Origin: Gaiellaceae bacterium
GTDB lineage: Bacteria; Actinomycetota; Thermoleophilia; Gaiellales; Gaiellaceae
DNA length: 42,831 bases
Direction of reading: 5' to 3'
Assembly: GCA_051986525.1 (NCBI GenBank)
Contig: JBPYFE010000108.1
Coordinates: forward strand, 1-42,831
In this document: positions 1-8,432 of the stretch, piece by piece
Position numbering within the stretch: the first letter of the stretch is position 1
Layout of the letters: each line of letters starts with the position of its first letter
Notes under the pieces: model-generated
Told to the model about the DNA's origin: nothing
Databases searched by the model: none
Seen by the model: only the letters and a program-made list of their open reading frames with translations
Made by a program: the position numbers and the translations under genes

Positions 1-1101
1 CTCGTCCTCGGCTTCGCGGCCATCCCCTTGGTGAGCCTGACGCTCTTCTCGCTCGAGGTGATGCGCGTCCACCACCGCCCGACCGCGTACGCCGTGGTCG
101 CGGTCGTCACCGGCGTGACCGGCGTCGCCACGGGGCTCGTCCTGGCCGGGATCTTCGACTACGGGCTGACCGGCTACTACGCCGGGCTACTCGCCGGCGC
201 GGCTGTCTCGCTCTGCCTGGGCTACGCGCTCGTGCGCGGCGACGTGGGCTTCGATTTCTCTCGGCGAGAGCTCGACACGATGCTCCGCTATGGCGTCCCC
301 TTGATCCCGGTCTCGCTCTCGATGTGGGTCCTTCAGCTCGCCGACCGCTTCTTCGTGCTCCACTACCGCTCGTTGTCCGAGGTCGGCGTCTACGCCGCCG
401 GGGTCAAGCTCGCCAACGTCCTCTTCCTCGCCGTCACCGGGCTCGCCCTCGCCTGGTCGCCGCTGATCTTCGAGCTGCACAACCGCGACCCGGAGGCGGA
501 GCGGGCCTTCCGCGGACGCGTTCTGACGTACGTCACCTTCGGGCTCTGCCTCGGCGCCGTCGTCATCTCGATCTTCGCCCGCGAGTTCTTCCTGACCGTG
601 ACGGCGTCGACCTTCGCGCAGGCGTACGAGGTGGTGGCGCTCTCGTCGGCGGCGGTCGTCGTGCTCGGGATCAACTCGGTCACCGGCACCGGGATCAGCC
701 TCGCCCGCCGCACGATCTACTTCGCCCGCTACGCAGGCCTCGCGGCCGCCCTGAACATCGTCCTCAACTTCGCGCTGATCCCGTGGCTGGGGATGATCGG
801 CGCCGCGCTCGCCACCGCCCTCAGCTACGGCGTCCTCGGCGTCCTCTACTACGTCCGGGCGCAGGCGCTCGACCCGGCGCCGTTCGACCTGCGCCGCGTC
901 CTGCTCACGCTCGCGGCCGCGGCCGGCGTGATCGCCGTCGGCACGTTCGTGAACCTCGACCCGCTCTGGCTGAGCGTGCTCGTGAAGCTGCCGCTGATCG
1001 GCGTCTTCCTGCTCGTGCTCCGCCTGCTCGGCGTGATCGACATGCACGGCGTCCGGATGCTCGTCGCCTCGTTCCGGCGCGGCGAGGTCGTCACCGCGTA
1101 G
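1..1101 (+). CDS. Polysaccharide-biosynthesis flippase, Wzx/MOP-like (C-terminal ~366 aa; 5' end lies outside the window)
   Basis: The frame of track ORF 28-1101 is open from nt 1, so the gene starts off-window. The translation is a multi-pass hydrophobic protein (PLIPVSLSMWVLQLADRFF; LNFALIPWLGMIGAALATALSYGVLGVLYY), typical of the C-terminal half of Wzx/MOP flippases. GC3 bias is strong. TAG stop at 1099-1101. Confidence 0.7.
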   Translation, partial: LVLGFAAIPLVSLTLFSLEVMRVHHRPTAYAVVAVVTGVTGVATGLVLAGIFDYGLTGYYAGLLAGAAVSLCLGYALVRGDVGFDFSRRELDTMLRYGVPLIPVSLSMWVLQLADRFFVLHYRSLSEVGVYAAGVKLANVLFLAVTGLALAWSPLIFELHNRDPEAERAFRGRVLTYVTFGLCLGAVVISIFAREFFLTVTASTFAQAYEVVALSSAAVVVLGINSVTGTGISLARRTIYFARYAGLAAALNIVLNFALIPWLGMIGAALATALSYGVLGVLYYVRAQALDPAPFDLRRVLLTLAAAAGVIAVGTFVNLDPLWLSVLVKLPLIGVFLLVLRLLGVIDMHGVRMLVASFRRGEVVTA

Positions 1102-2158
1102 AGGCCTCGAGCTCCCGGTAGACCGCGTCGTGTTCGACCGCGCAGCGGTCCCAGCTGAACTCGGCCGCGCGCCGAAGGCCCCGCTCCGCGTACTCGTCGG
1201 CCCGGGCGAGAACTGCCTCCACCGCCTCCGCGATCGCCTCCGGCATCGAGGGGTCGAACAGCCGCGCCGCCTCGCCGCAGACGTCTGGCAGCGCCCCCGT
1301 CCAGGCGGTCGCGACCGGGCAGCCGCACGCCATCGCCTCGAGCGGAGGCTGGCCGAAGCCCTCGTAGAGGCTCGGGAAGACGAGCGCCGACGCCGTCCGG
1401 TAGAGCTCGACGAGCTCGTCGGGAGACACGCGCCCACGCGCCTCGACACCGTCAGCTGGAGGCGCTTTCTCGTGCCCGCTGCCGGTGAGGACGAGGCGGA
1501 GGTCTGGGTTGTCGCGGCGGAGAAGCGCGAGCGCTGCGATCAGCGGCTCGTGGTTCTTGTGCGGCCACCTGTTCGCCGGGTAGAGGAGGAACGGCTCGCG
1601 CTCGCGCTCGGCCGGCTTGAAGCGCTCGTGGTCGATCCCGAGCGGAATGACGCGGATCCGCTCCTTCGGGACGCCGAGGCGCGCGACGATCGTCGTCTTC
1701 ACGTGCTCGGACGGGACGATCACGATCGTGCTCTCGGTCGCGGCAGGGCGATACGCGATCCGGCGGTAGGCCCGCTCGGCCCTGGAGAAGAACTGCGGAA
1801 AGAGCTCGTGGGCGAGGTCGTGCACCGTCGAGGCGGTCGGCACGGGCGCCGGAGGGATCCTGGTGGTCAGGGGAAAGTGGATCCCGTCGAGCTCGTCGAG
1901 GCCGAGCTCGCGCCGCACCCCGGGCGAGATCGTGGCGCGGGCCATCGCGGCCGCGCGCCCGAGAGTGCTGCGACTCGAGCCGTAGCGTCTGGAGACGACG
2001 GTCGGCAGCCCGTCGCCGACGTCGGCCGCTGGCGGTGCGACGAAGACGCGGTACTCGAGCGTCCCGACACGCGCGAGCGCGGCGACGAGCTCGCGAGCGT
2101 AGTTCTCGGTGCCGCCGACGACGCCCGGGACTAGTGTCAGCAGACCGATCCCGATCAT
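1091..2158 (-). CDS. Glycosyltransferase family 4 (GT-B fold)
   Basis: 355-aa ORF with ATG at 2158. The N-terminus (GGTENYARELVAAL) and the C-terminal signature (ASALVFPSLYEGFGQPPLEAMACGCPV) are typical of GT4 retaining transferases. It overlaps the convergent flippase gene by 11 nt. Confidence 0.85.
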   Translation of the reverse strand: MIGIGLLTLVPGVVGGTENYARELVAALARVGTLEYRVFVAPPAADVGDGLPTVVSRRYGSSRSTLGRAAAMARATISPGVRRELGLDELDGIHFPLTTRIPPAPVPTASTVHDLAHELFPQFFSRAERAYRRIAYRPAATESTIVIVPSEHVKTTIVARLGVPKERIRVIPLGIDHERFKPAEREREPFLLYPANRWPHKNHEPLIAALALLRRDNPDLRLVLTGSGHEKAPPADGVEARGRVSPDELVELYRTASALVFPSLYEGFGQPPLEAMACGCPVATAWTGALPDVCGEAARLFDPSMPEAIAEAVEAVLARADEYAERGLRRAAEFSWDRCAVEHDAVYRELEASTR

Positions 2159-2274
2159 CTGGGCCCGGCGATGCTATCTGGCTCCGGGCGGGCGATCGGG
2201 CCGCTTCCGCGATTGCAAGCGTTCTGCAAACAGGGAGCGGGTTCGGACGATCGCGACGATAACCTCCAGAGGTC

Positions 2275-3048
2275 TTGAGCCAACCGTTGACAACGGCGCC
2301 GCCGGAACGATCGGAGCGTCCGCACGCCGCGCTGCGCTGCCTCGCCGTCGTCCCCGCGCACAACGAGGAGGCGACCGTCGCGGGCGTGATCGGGGAGATC
2401 CGGCGCTTCGACCGGGACTTCGAGGTGCTCGTGATCGACGACGGCTCGACCGACGAGACGGCGAAGGCCGCCCGCCTCGCCGGGGCCGAGGTGATCAGCC
2501 TGCCGTTCAACCTCGGTATCGGCGGTGCCGTGCAGACGGGCCTGCAGTACGCGCACGAGAACGGGTTCGACATCGCCGTCCAGGTCGACGGAGACGCCCA
2601 GCACGATCCGCTGGAGATCCCGAAGATCCTCGGGCCCATCCTCGAGGGCCGCGCCGACCTCGTCGTCGGCAGCAGGTTCCTCGGCGAGGGCGAGTACGAG
2701 CCGCCGGTGTCGAGGCTGCTCGGGATCAAGCTCCTCGCACGGCTCGTCTCGTTCCTGGTGCGCGAGCGCGTCACCGACACGACCTCGGGGTTCCGGGCCG
2801 TGAACAGCCGGGCGATCGCGCTGTTCGCCGCCGACTATCCGCACGACTACCCCGAGGTCGAGGCGACGGTGCTCGTGTTCCGGCATCGGCTCCGCCTCGT
2901 AGAGGTCCCGGTGCGGATGCGCCTCCGCGGGGCCGGTGTCTCGTCGATCACCTTCCGGCGCTCCGCGTACTACATGGTCAAGGTTCTCTTGGCGCTGTTC
3001 GTCGGCCTCTTTCGCCGTTACCCGACTCCACAGGAGGGACCCGAATGA
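2275..3048 (+). CDS. Glycosyltransferase family 2, polyprenyl-phosphate sugar synthase type (GtrB/DPM1/PpgS-like)
   Basis: 257-aa ORF with GT-A motifs VVPAHNEE, VLVIDDGSTDET and QVDGDAQHD (DxD), plus a hydrophobic C-terminal tail. The TTG start at 2275 is tentative. Confidence 0.85.
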   Translation: MSQPLTTAPPERSERPHAALRCLAVVPAHNEEATVAGVIGEIRRFDRDFEVLVIDDGSTDETAKAARLAGAEVISLPFNLGIGGAVQTGLQYAHENGFDIAVQVDGDAQHDPLEIPKILGPILEGRADLVVGSRFLGEGEYEPPVSRLLGIKLLARLVSFLVRERVTDTTSGFRAVNSRAIALFAADYPHDYPEVEATVLVFRHRLRLVEVPVRMRLRGAGVSSITFRRSAYYMVKVLLALFVGLFRRYPTPQEGPE

Positions 3049-3407
3049 ATTCGTTCCGCGTCTCGACCGTCGCCGGGGTCGCCGCACTCGTCCTGCTGAT
3101 CGTGATCTTCGAGCTGATCAGGAGCCGAAGGCTTCAGGAGCGTTACGCGATGCTGTGGCTGCTCACGGGAGTCGTGATCCTCGTCCTCGCGCTCTGGCGG
3201 GGCCTGCTGTCGAGCATCTCGGACCTCGTCGGGATCGCGTACCCGCCGTCGGCGCTGTTCGTGCTCGCCGCGCTGTTCATCCTGCTGCTCCTGCTGCACT
3301 ACTCGACGGTGATCTCGAAGCTCTCCGACCAGAACCGGATCCTGGCCCAGCGGCTCGCGCTGCTCGAGAACCGGCTCCGGACGAACGAGCTGAACCGCGT
3401 CGAGTGA
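3045..3407 (+). CDS. Small membrane protein, DUF2304-like (GacJ/Rv3632-type partner of the GT2 enzyme)
   Basis: ATG 3045-3047 overlaps the GT2 stop (ATGA, 3045-3048). It lies in the frame of shadow ORF 2109-3407. The 120-aa product has 3-4 TM helices and a C-terminal amphipathic helix (SDQNRILAQRLALLENRL). The family assignment is by eye. Confidence 0.8.
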   Translation: MNSFRVSTVAGVAALVLLIVIFELIRSRRLQERYAMLWLLTGVVILVLALWRGLLSSISDLVGIAYPPSALFVLAALFILLLLLHYSTVISKLSDQNRILAQRLALLENRLRTNELNRVE

Positions 3408-3417
3408 GCGAGGCGCG

Positions 3418-5610
3418 CTGAACGCGACGCGCCGCGACGACGCCGCCGCCTCGGCGGCCGTCGCACACGACCACGGTCGCCCGAGCGTCGTCGAACGACT
3501 CGCGTCGATTCCTGCTGGGATCTTCGTCGGCGCGCTCGTCCTCGTCTCGGCCGCCCTGCGGTTCCCGTTCGCCCAGAACAAGCCCGCGCCCTGGATCTGG
3601 ACCGATTCGCTGGTCTACAGCGAGCTCGCGAAGAGCTTCGCCGAGACCGGCCACTTCGCCGTCCGCGGTATCCCGGGGCGGGCGGGCTTCGGGATCGTCT
3701 ATCCGATCCTGCTCGCGCCGTCGTACGCGCTGGCCACCGACGTGACGCAGGCGTTCACGCTGATGAAGGCGACGAACTGTCTCGTCGTCTCGCTCGTAGT
3801 CGTCCCGACCTATCTGCTCGCCCGGGGGCTGGTCGGCCGTTGGTGGGCCCTGCTCGCGGCCATGCTCGCCGTCGCCGTTTCCGACGTCGCCTACAGCGGC
3901 ACGATCATGACCGAGAACGCGTTCTACCCCGTCTTCGCGTTCTGGTGCTGGGCGACCGTCCGAGCGTTTCGGACGCCGACGATCTGGTCGCAGCTGCTCA
4001 GCCTCGGCCTGCTCGTGCTCGCGTACCTGACGCGTCCGCAGGCGGTCTTCCTCGTTCCCGCCCTGCTGACGGCGCTCGCACTCGTGATCGGGCTCGATGC
4101 CTGGTCGGCCGGCGGTCGTCCTCTCTTGCGCTCGTTGCTGCGGGCCGCCGCGCCGTATCTCACATTCGCGATCGCCCTCGTCGTCGGAGCGGCCGGATTC
4201 CTCGTCGTCGAGGTCGGCATCCGGGGGAAGGGGTGGGGCGACCTGCTCGGCGCCTACTCGTCGGTGGCGACGGTGCACTACTCGGTGCACGCCGTCCTGC
4301 GCTGGTTCGTCTACCACGTCGGCGAGATCGACTTCGCCGTCGTCCTGCTTCCGTTCGCGGGCTTCCTGCTCGCGCTGTTCGTCGGCCTCCGGCCGCGCGC
4401 CGCTCGCGAGCTGCGCGTCTTCGCAGCGGTCGCGGCGGCGGCTTCGTTCTGGCTGATTCTCGGCGTCGCGGCGTTCGCGTCCACGCCCTACGCGAACCGC
4501 CTGCTCGAGCGGAGCACCTTCTACGTCGCGCCGCTGTTCATGGTCGCACTGGTCGCGGCTGCCGGCCGGGGCTTCTTCTGGACGCATCGACTGGCGGCTG
4601 CCGTCGCTGCCGTGTCGGCCGTGGGGCTGATCGGCGTGCTCCAGTACTCGACCCTGCTCGGCCCCAACGAGGCCAACGACACGTTCTCGCTCTTCGTCGC
4701 CAACAGCATCCTCGAGCGAGGCTGGGTTGCCGTGCCCCAGCTCCAGTCGGCGATCATGGTCGGAGCCACGGTGCTGGCGCTGATCTTCATCCTGACGCCG
4801 CGCCGGCTCGCTGCACTCGTCCCGTTGCTCGCGCTGCTCGCGCTCGCGCTCGCGAACGGCCCGGTCGAGCGGCGCATCCGCATCGCCTCGCAGCAATCTC
4901 GAGACGGCGCGGTCAGCATCAGGCGCGATTGGATCGACCACGCGGTCGGTCCCGGCGCGCGGGTGGCCGCTCTGTGGACCGGCCGCGACGCGTACGTGAC
5001 GCTATGGGACAACGAGTTCTTCAACCGGAGCGTCAAGGCGGTCTACACGCTCGGCCCGCCTCCCGACGGGCTTGCCGAGACGCCGGTGACCTTCGACGAC
5101 AAGACCGGGAAGCTGCTCGCGGCGGGAGCGCCGATCGCGAACGAGAAATACCTTCTGGCCGACCCGACCGTGTCCGTGATGGGCTCGGCCGTCGCGCACG
5201 ATCCGCGAACCGGCATGACGGTCTACCGGATCAGCCGGCCGCTTCGCTACCGGTACGACGTCCAGGGCCTCTACCCGGACTTCTGGTCCGGGGCGACGCT
5301 GATCTACACCGAGTACGGCTGCCGCGGCGGCCGCCTGGCGCCCACGATCTTCAGCGACAAGAACCTCCACCCGCGGCCGATGACGATTGTCGCTCGGAGC
5401 GGCTCGAAGCCGCCCGTCCGCTTCACGTACCACGCCGGCCGTCTCGCGCGGTTCAGCGTTCCGCTCGAGCGCACGGGCAGCTTCTGCCGGGTGACGTTCA
5501 CGATGCCGACGGCCGTGCCGCAGCTCGTCACGGGCACTGCCGACACCCGGCCGCTCGGCGTCCGTTTCTACACATTCGCGTACAAGCCGCCGGGGACGTC
5601 CGCCGGCTAG
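3418..5610 (+). CDS. GT-C fold membrane glycosyltransferase (ArnT/PMT_2-like) with a C-terminal extracytoplasmic domain; start codon unresolved
   Basis: The track ORF is 3742-5610 (GTG), but the same frame is open from 3394. Nt 3418-3741 encode a convincing N-terminus: TM1 (IPAGIFVGALVLVSAALRF), then a loop (WIWTDSLVYSELAKSFAETGHF) as in GT-C enzymes. There is no ATG/GTG/TTG in 3394-3741. CTG at 3418, preceded by GAGG at 3410-3413, is my best guess. Many TM helices are followed by a ~200-aa soluble C-terminus. Confidence 0.75.
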   Translation: MNATRRDDAAASAAVAHDHGRPSVVERLASIPAGIFVGALVLVSAALRFPFAQNKPAPWIWTDSLVYSELAKSFAETGHFAVRGIPGRAGFGIVYPILLAPSYALATDVTQAFTLMKATNCLVVSLVVVPTYLLARGLVGRWWALLAAMLAVAVSDVAYSGTIMTENAFYPVFAFWCWATVRAFRTPTIWSQLLSLGLLVLAYLTRPQAVFLVPALLTALALVIGLDAWSAGGRPLLRSLLRAAAPYLTFAIALVVGAAGFLVVEVGIRGKGWGDLLGAYSSVATVHYSVHAVLRWFVYHVGEIDFAVVLLPFAGFLLALFVGLRPRAARELRVFAAVAAAASFWLILGVAAFASTPYANRLLERSTFYVAPLFMVALVAAAGRGFFWTHRLAAAVAAVSAVGLIGVLQYSTLLGPNEANDTFSLFVANSILERGWVAVPQLQSAIMVGATVLALIFILTPRRLAALVPLLALLALALANGPVERRIRIASQQSRDGAVSIRRDWIDHAVGPGARVAALWTGRDAYVTLWDNEFFNRSVKAVYTLGPPPDGLAETPVTFDDKTGKLLAAGAPIANEKYLLADPTVSVMGSAVAHDPRTGMTVYRISRPLRYRYDVQGLYPDFWSGATLIYTEYGCRGGRLAPTIFSDKNLHPRPMTIVARSGSKPPVRFTYHAGRLARFSVPLERTGSFCRVTFTMPTAVPQLVTGTADTRPLGVRFYTFAYKPPGTSAG

Positions 5611-7676
5611 CGCGAGGCGACCAGGGCGTACTCCGTCTCCCGGCGCCGGTCGGCGTCGTCGTCGCCGCTGCCGCGAGGGTAGATCGCCCGCACGTCGCTG
5701 AAGCCCTGGATCCTCGCGAGTGCCTCCGCGACCTCGGGGAAGATCGGCGCACGGTGCGTCAGGTCGGTGTAGAAGGTCTTGAAGGCCTGCAGCGAGTGCG
5801 GGTTCACCGTCTCCGCGACGAGCACGCCGCCGTCGGCCAGCCGCAGCCTCGCGAGCTCGAGGAACCGGAGCAGCGACTCGTACGGGAGGTGCTCGATCAC
5901 GTGGATCGCCGTGATCGCCCCGAACCGCCCTTCGTGGCTTTCGAGGTACTCGACCGCGTCCGCGAGCTCGACCCGGTGGCCCTTCTCGCGGGCGCGTTCG
6001 ACCATTCCGGCGTCGGCGTCGATCCCCGTCGCGTCGATGCCGGCGTCGCGGAGCAGGTCGAGCAGCTCACCGCGTCCGCAGCCGACGTCGAGCACGGGCT
6101 CGTGTCCGCGCAGGAGCTCGACGTACGGGACGAGCAGCTCGCGGATCCGCTCCTCAGGGCCCCGGAAGACGTCCTCGAAGCTGCGGTACTCGGCCGCCGA
6201 CGCAGTCGCGGCGTCTTCCGCCGCGTACGGCCGGGCGTAGAGCTCGGCCTCCTGCTGGTCGAAACGGTCGCGGAGCCGCTCCAGCTCCACGAGTTCGAGC
6301 TGGAGCTCGGCGAGTCGACCTTCCAGCCTCTCCGCGCGCTGCCGCTCCTCTTCTGCGATCCGCTCGGTCTGCAGGAGCGCGTCGACGACGTTCGACTCCC
6401 ACTCGCGCTGCCGGAGCAGGTACGGGCGGAGGACGCGCAGGAGGAACGACCGCGCCCAGACGCCGAAGGCGCCCAGCCTCGCCGAGGGAACGTCCCACGG
6501 CACGGACGGCCCCTGGATCAGGAACCGCTCCGCGAGCTGCGCCGGCGTGTCGCCGCTCCCGCGCTCGGTGCCGCGGCCGGCGACGTCGCGCAGCCGCCCG
6601 CCGACGAACGCCGCGGTCTCGTCGAGCGAGTGGCGCTCGGCGATCGTCGCGCGGCCGCGTTCGCCCCGCCCTCGCGCCGCCGCCGGGTCGTCGACGACGC
6701 GGCGCATCAACTCGGCCGCCTGGTCGAGGCTCGGCTCCGCCCAGACGCTTCCGGCCGGGTAGTTCGGGATCCCGGCCGGCACGGTCGCGAGACCGGCGTC
6801 GACGAGGTAGCTGTTCTCGTCGTCCATGAAGGTCAGGTTTCCGGAGTAGCGGGTCGCGACGGCGGGCTTCGCGTAGGCCATCGCGTCGGCGATCGTGAGC
6901 CCGAAGCCTTCGCTGCGGTGGAGCGAGACGTAGCAGTCGGCCAACGCGGTCAGCCCGTGCACGTGGTCGACGGGAACGAATCCGTCGACGACGACGATGT
7001 CGGGCCGTCCGGCCGCCGCCTGGCGGACCCGCTCGAGGTCGTTCGGCCACTTGTCCCCGTTGATGCTCTTGAGGACGAGCACCGGCCCCTCGTCGGGCGC
7101 GAACGCCCGCGTGAACGCCTCGATCAGGCCGAGCGGGTTCTTCCGGGCGAGCGTGCTGAAGAAGTCGTAGACGAACAGGAACACGAACCGGCCCTCGGGC
7201 AGCCCGACCTCCGCGCGCGAGAGCGCCGGCGGCTCGCGGAGCTCGACGGGCATCGGGAACCGGAGCACCGGCTTCTCCGTCTCGCCGGCGATCAGGCCCT
7301 GGACGAACTCGCTCGCGACCCAGATCTCGTCGACGAGGCGAAAGGCGCCGTGCAGCGACGGCGGGAAGCGGCTTCCCTCCCAGCACCAGGCCGCGATCGT
7401 GTACCGGTTCGCGAGCAGATCTCGGCCGCCCGACTCGGCGAACTCGAGCACGTGCTCGGCGTTGAGCGCGAGCAGGTTCGTCCCGTAGAGCTCGCCGCCC
7501 GTGCGCTCGACGAACGCGTGGCTCTCGCGATGGTGCGGCGCGCGCATCGTGATCGTCGAGAACGGGATCCCCGCCCGCTCGACGGCCGCGACCAGCCGCC
7601 GCGCCGCCTCCCCGTGGCCGAACTCGGCCCGGAAGAAGCCGACGACGTTGACTCCGGCTGCGGCCTGCTCGTTCAC
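5607..7676 (-). CDS. Fusion protein: GT4 glycosyltransferase + coiled coil + class I SAM-dependent methyltransferase
   Basis: 689-aa ORF with GTG at 7676. The N-terminal GT4 core shows DCYVSLHRSEGFGLTIADAMAYAKPAVATRYSG. The central heptad-like segment is ERIAEEERQRAERLEGRLAELQLELVELERLRDRFDQQEAELY (about nt 6235-6385). The C-terminal methyltransferase shows VLDVGCGRGELLDLL (SAM motif I) and VIEHLPYESL. Confidence 0.85.
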   Translation of the reverse strand: MNEQAAAGVNVVGFFRAEFGHGEAARRLVAAVERAGIPFSTITMRAPHHRESHAFVERTGGELYGTNLLALNAEHVLEFAESGGRDLLANRYTIAAWCWEGSRFPPSLHGAFRLVDEIWVASEFVQGLIAGETEKPVLRFPMPVELREPPALSRAEVGLPEGRFVFLFVYDFFSTLARKNPLGLIEAFTRAFAPDEGPVLVLKSINGDKWPNDLERVRQAAAGRPDIVVVDGFVPVDHVHGLTALADCYVSLHRSEGFGLTIADAMAYAKPAVATRYSGNLTFMDDENSYLVDAGLATVPAGIPNYPAGSVWAEPSLDQAAELMRRVVDDPAAARGRGERGRATIAERHSLDETAAFVGGRLRDVAGRGTERGSGDTPAQLAERFLIQGPSVPWDVPSARLGAFGVWARSFLLRVLRPYLLRQREWESNVVDALLQTERIAEEERQRAERLEGRLAELQLELVELERLRDRFDQQEAELYARPYAAEDAATASAAEYRSFEDVFRGPEERIRELLVPYVELLRGHEPVLDVGCGRGELLDLLRDAGIDATGIDADAGMVERAREKGHRVELADAVEYLESHEGRFGAITAIHVIEHLPYESLLRFLELARLRLADGGVLVAETVNPHSLQAFKTFYTDLTHRAPIFPEVAEALARIQGFSDVRAIYPRGSGDDDADRRRETEYALVASR

Positions 7677-7706
7677 GCAGCAAGCCTAGTGGCGCGATCA
7701 CGGAAA

Positions 7707-8432
7707 ATGCCGAGCGTGGCAACGCTCTCCATCTGCCTGCTGACGAACGACCCGCCGGAGCGGCTCTCGGCCGTGCTCGCGCCCCTTCGCGGCCTGGCGG
7801 ACGAGATCGTCATCGGCGCCGACTCGCGGCTGCCCCCGGAGACCCTCGCCGCCTACGCCGAGCTCGCCGACCGCGTGCCCGTGTTCGAGTTCCGGCAGAA
7901 CATCGAACGGCATCTCGCCTGGCTGCACGAGCAGTGCGCCGGCGACTGGATCCTCCGCCTCGACGGGGACGAGTCCGTCAGCGCGCCGCTGCTCGACGCG
8001 CTGCCGCGACTCGTCGCCTCGGCGGAGATCCGCCAGTACTGGCTGCCGCGGCGCTGGCTCTCGGCCGACGGCGGCGGCTGGCACGACGAGCTTCCGTGGG
8101 CGCCCGACTACCAGGCGCGGCTCGTCCGGAACGACGCGAGCCTCACCTTTTCCGGGGAGCCGCACAGCGGCGCCGACCACGTCTTCCCGGCCATGTACCT
8201 GCGCGAGTCGATCTACCACCTCGTCTGCGCGCTGGAGCCGAAGGAGCTGCGGGTCGTCCGCAGCCTGCGGCACGAGCTGCTCGAGCCGCTGCGCCTCGCG
8301 CCGGGCGGGGGCCCGTTCAACGCGACGTACTACGTGCCGGAACGGTTCGCGCGGCGCGCGCCGGCGAGGATCCCGGCTGCAGACAGCGCGCTCGTCGACG
8401 CAGTTCTCGAAAGCGGTGGCGATGGTGGTTGA
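7707..8432 (+). CDS. Glycosyltransferase family 2-like protein (small WaaE/KdtX-like type)
   Basis: This is the real 3' part of shadow ORF 3840-8432. ATG is at 7707 (an in-frame GTG at 7689 is also possible). Motifs are LSICLLTNDPPERL, DWILRLDGDE (DxD) and PDYQARLVRN. It is paralogous to the N-terminus of the 9444-11330 product. Confidence 0.65.
   Translation: MPSVATLSICLLTNDPPERLSAVLAPLRGLADEIVIGADSRLPPETLAAYAELADRVPVFEFRQNIERHLAWLHEQCAGDWILRLDGDESVSAPLLDALPRLVASAEIRQYWLPRRWLSADGGGWHDELPWAPDYQARLVRNDASLTFSGEPHSGADHVFPAMYLRESIYHLVCALEPKELRVVRSLRHELLEPLRLAPGGGPFNATYYVPERFARRAPARIPAADSALVDAVLESGGDGG

Noticed and set aside
187-4941. Several long minus-strand or alternative-frame ORFs: 187-1449, 324-1121, 1130-2134, 1452-2780, 2155-3087 and 3277-4941.
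   Set aside because: All of them overlap convincing genes in another frame or on the other strand. Their translations are dominated by R, A, P and G. None has start context or family motifs.
3840-8432. A 1530-aa plus-strand ORF, the longest in the track.
   Set aside because: It is a GC-driven shadow ORF. The translation is Arg/Ala/Pro/Gly-rich with no domain-like sequence. It runs out of frame through the GT-C gene and antisense through the well-supported GT4-methyltransferase gene. Only its last 241 codons (7707-8432) look like a real protein.
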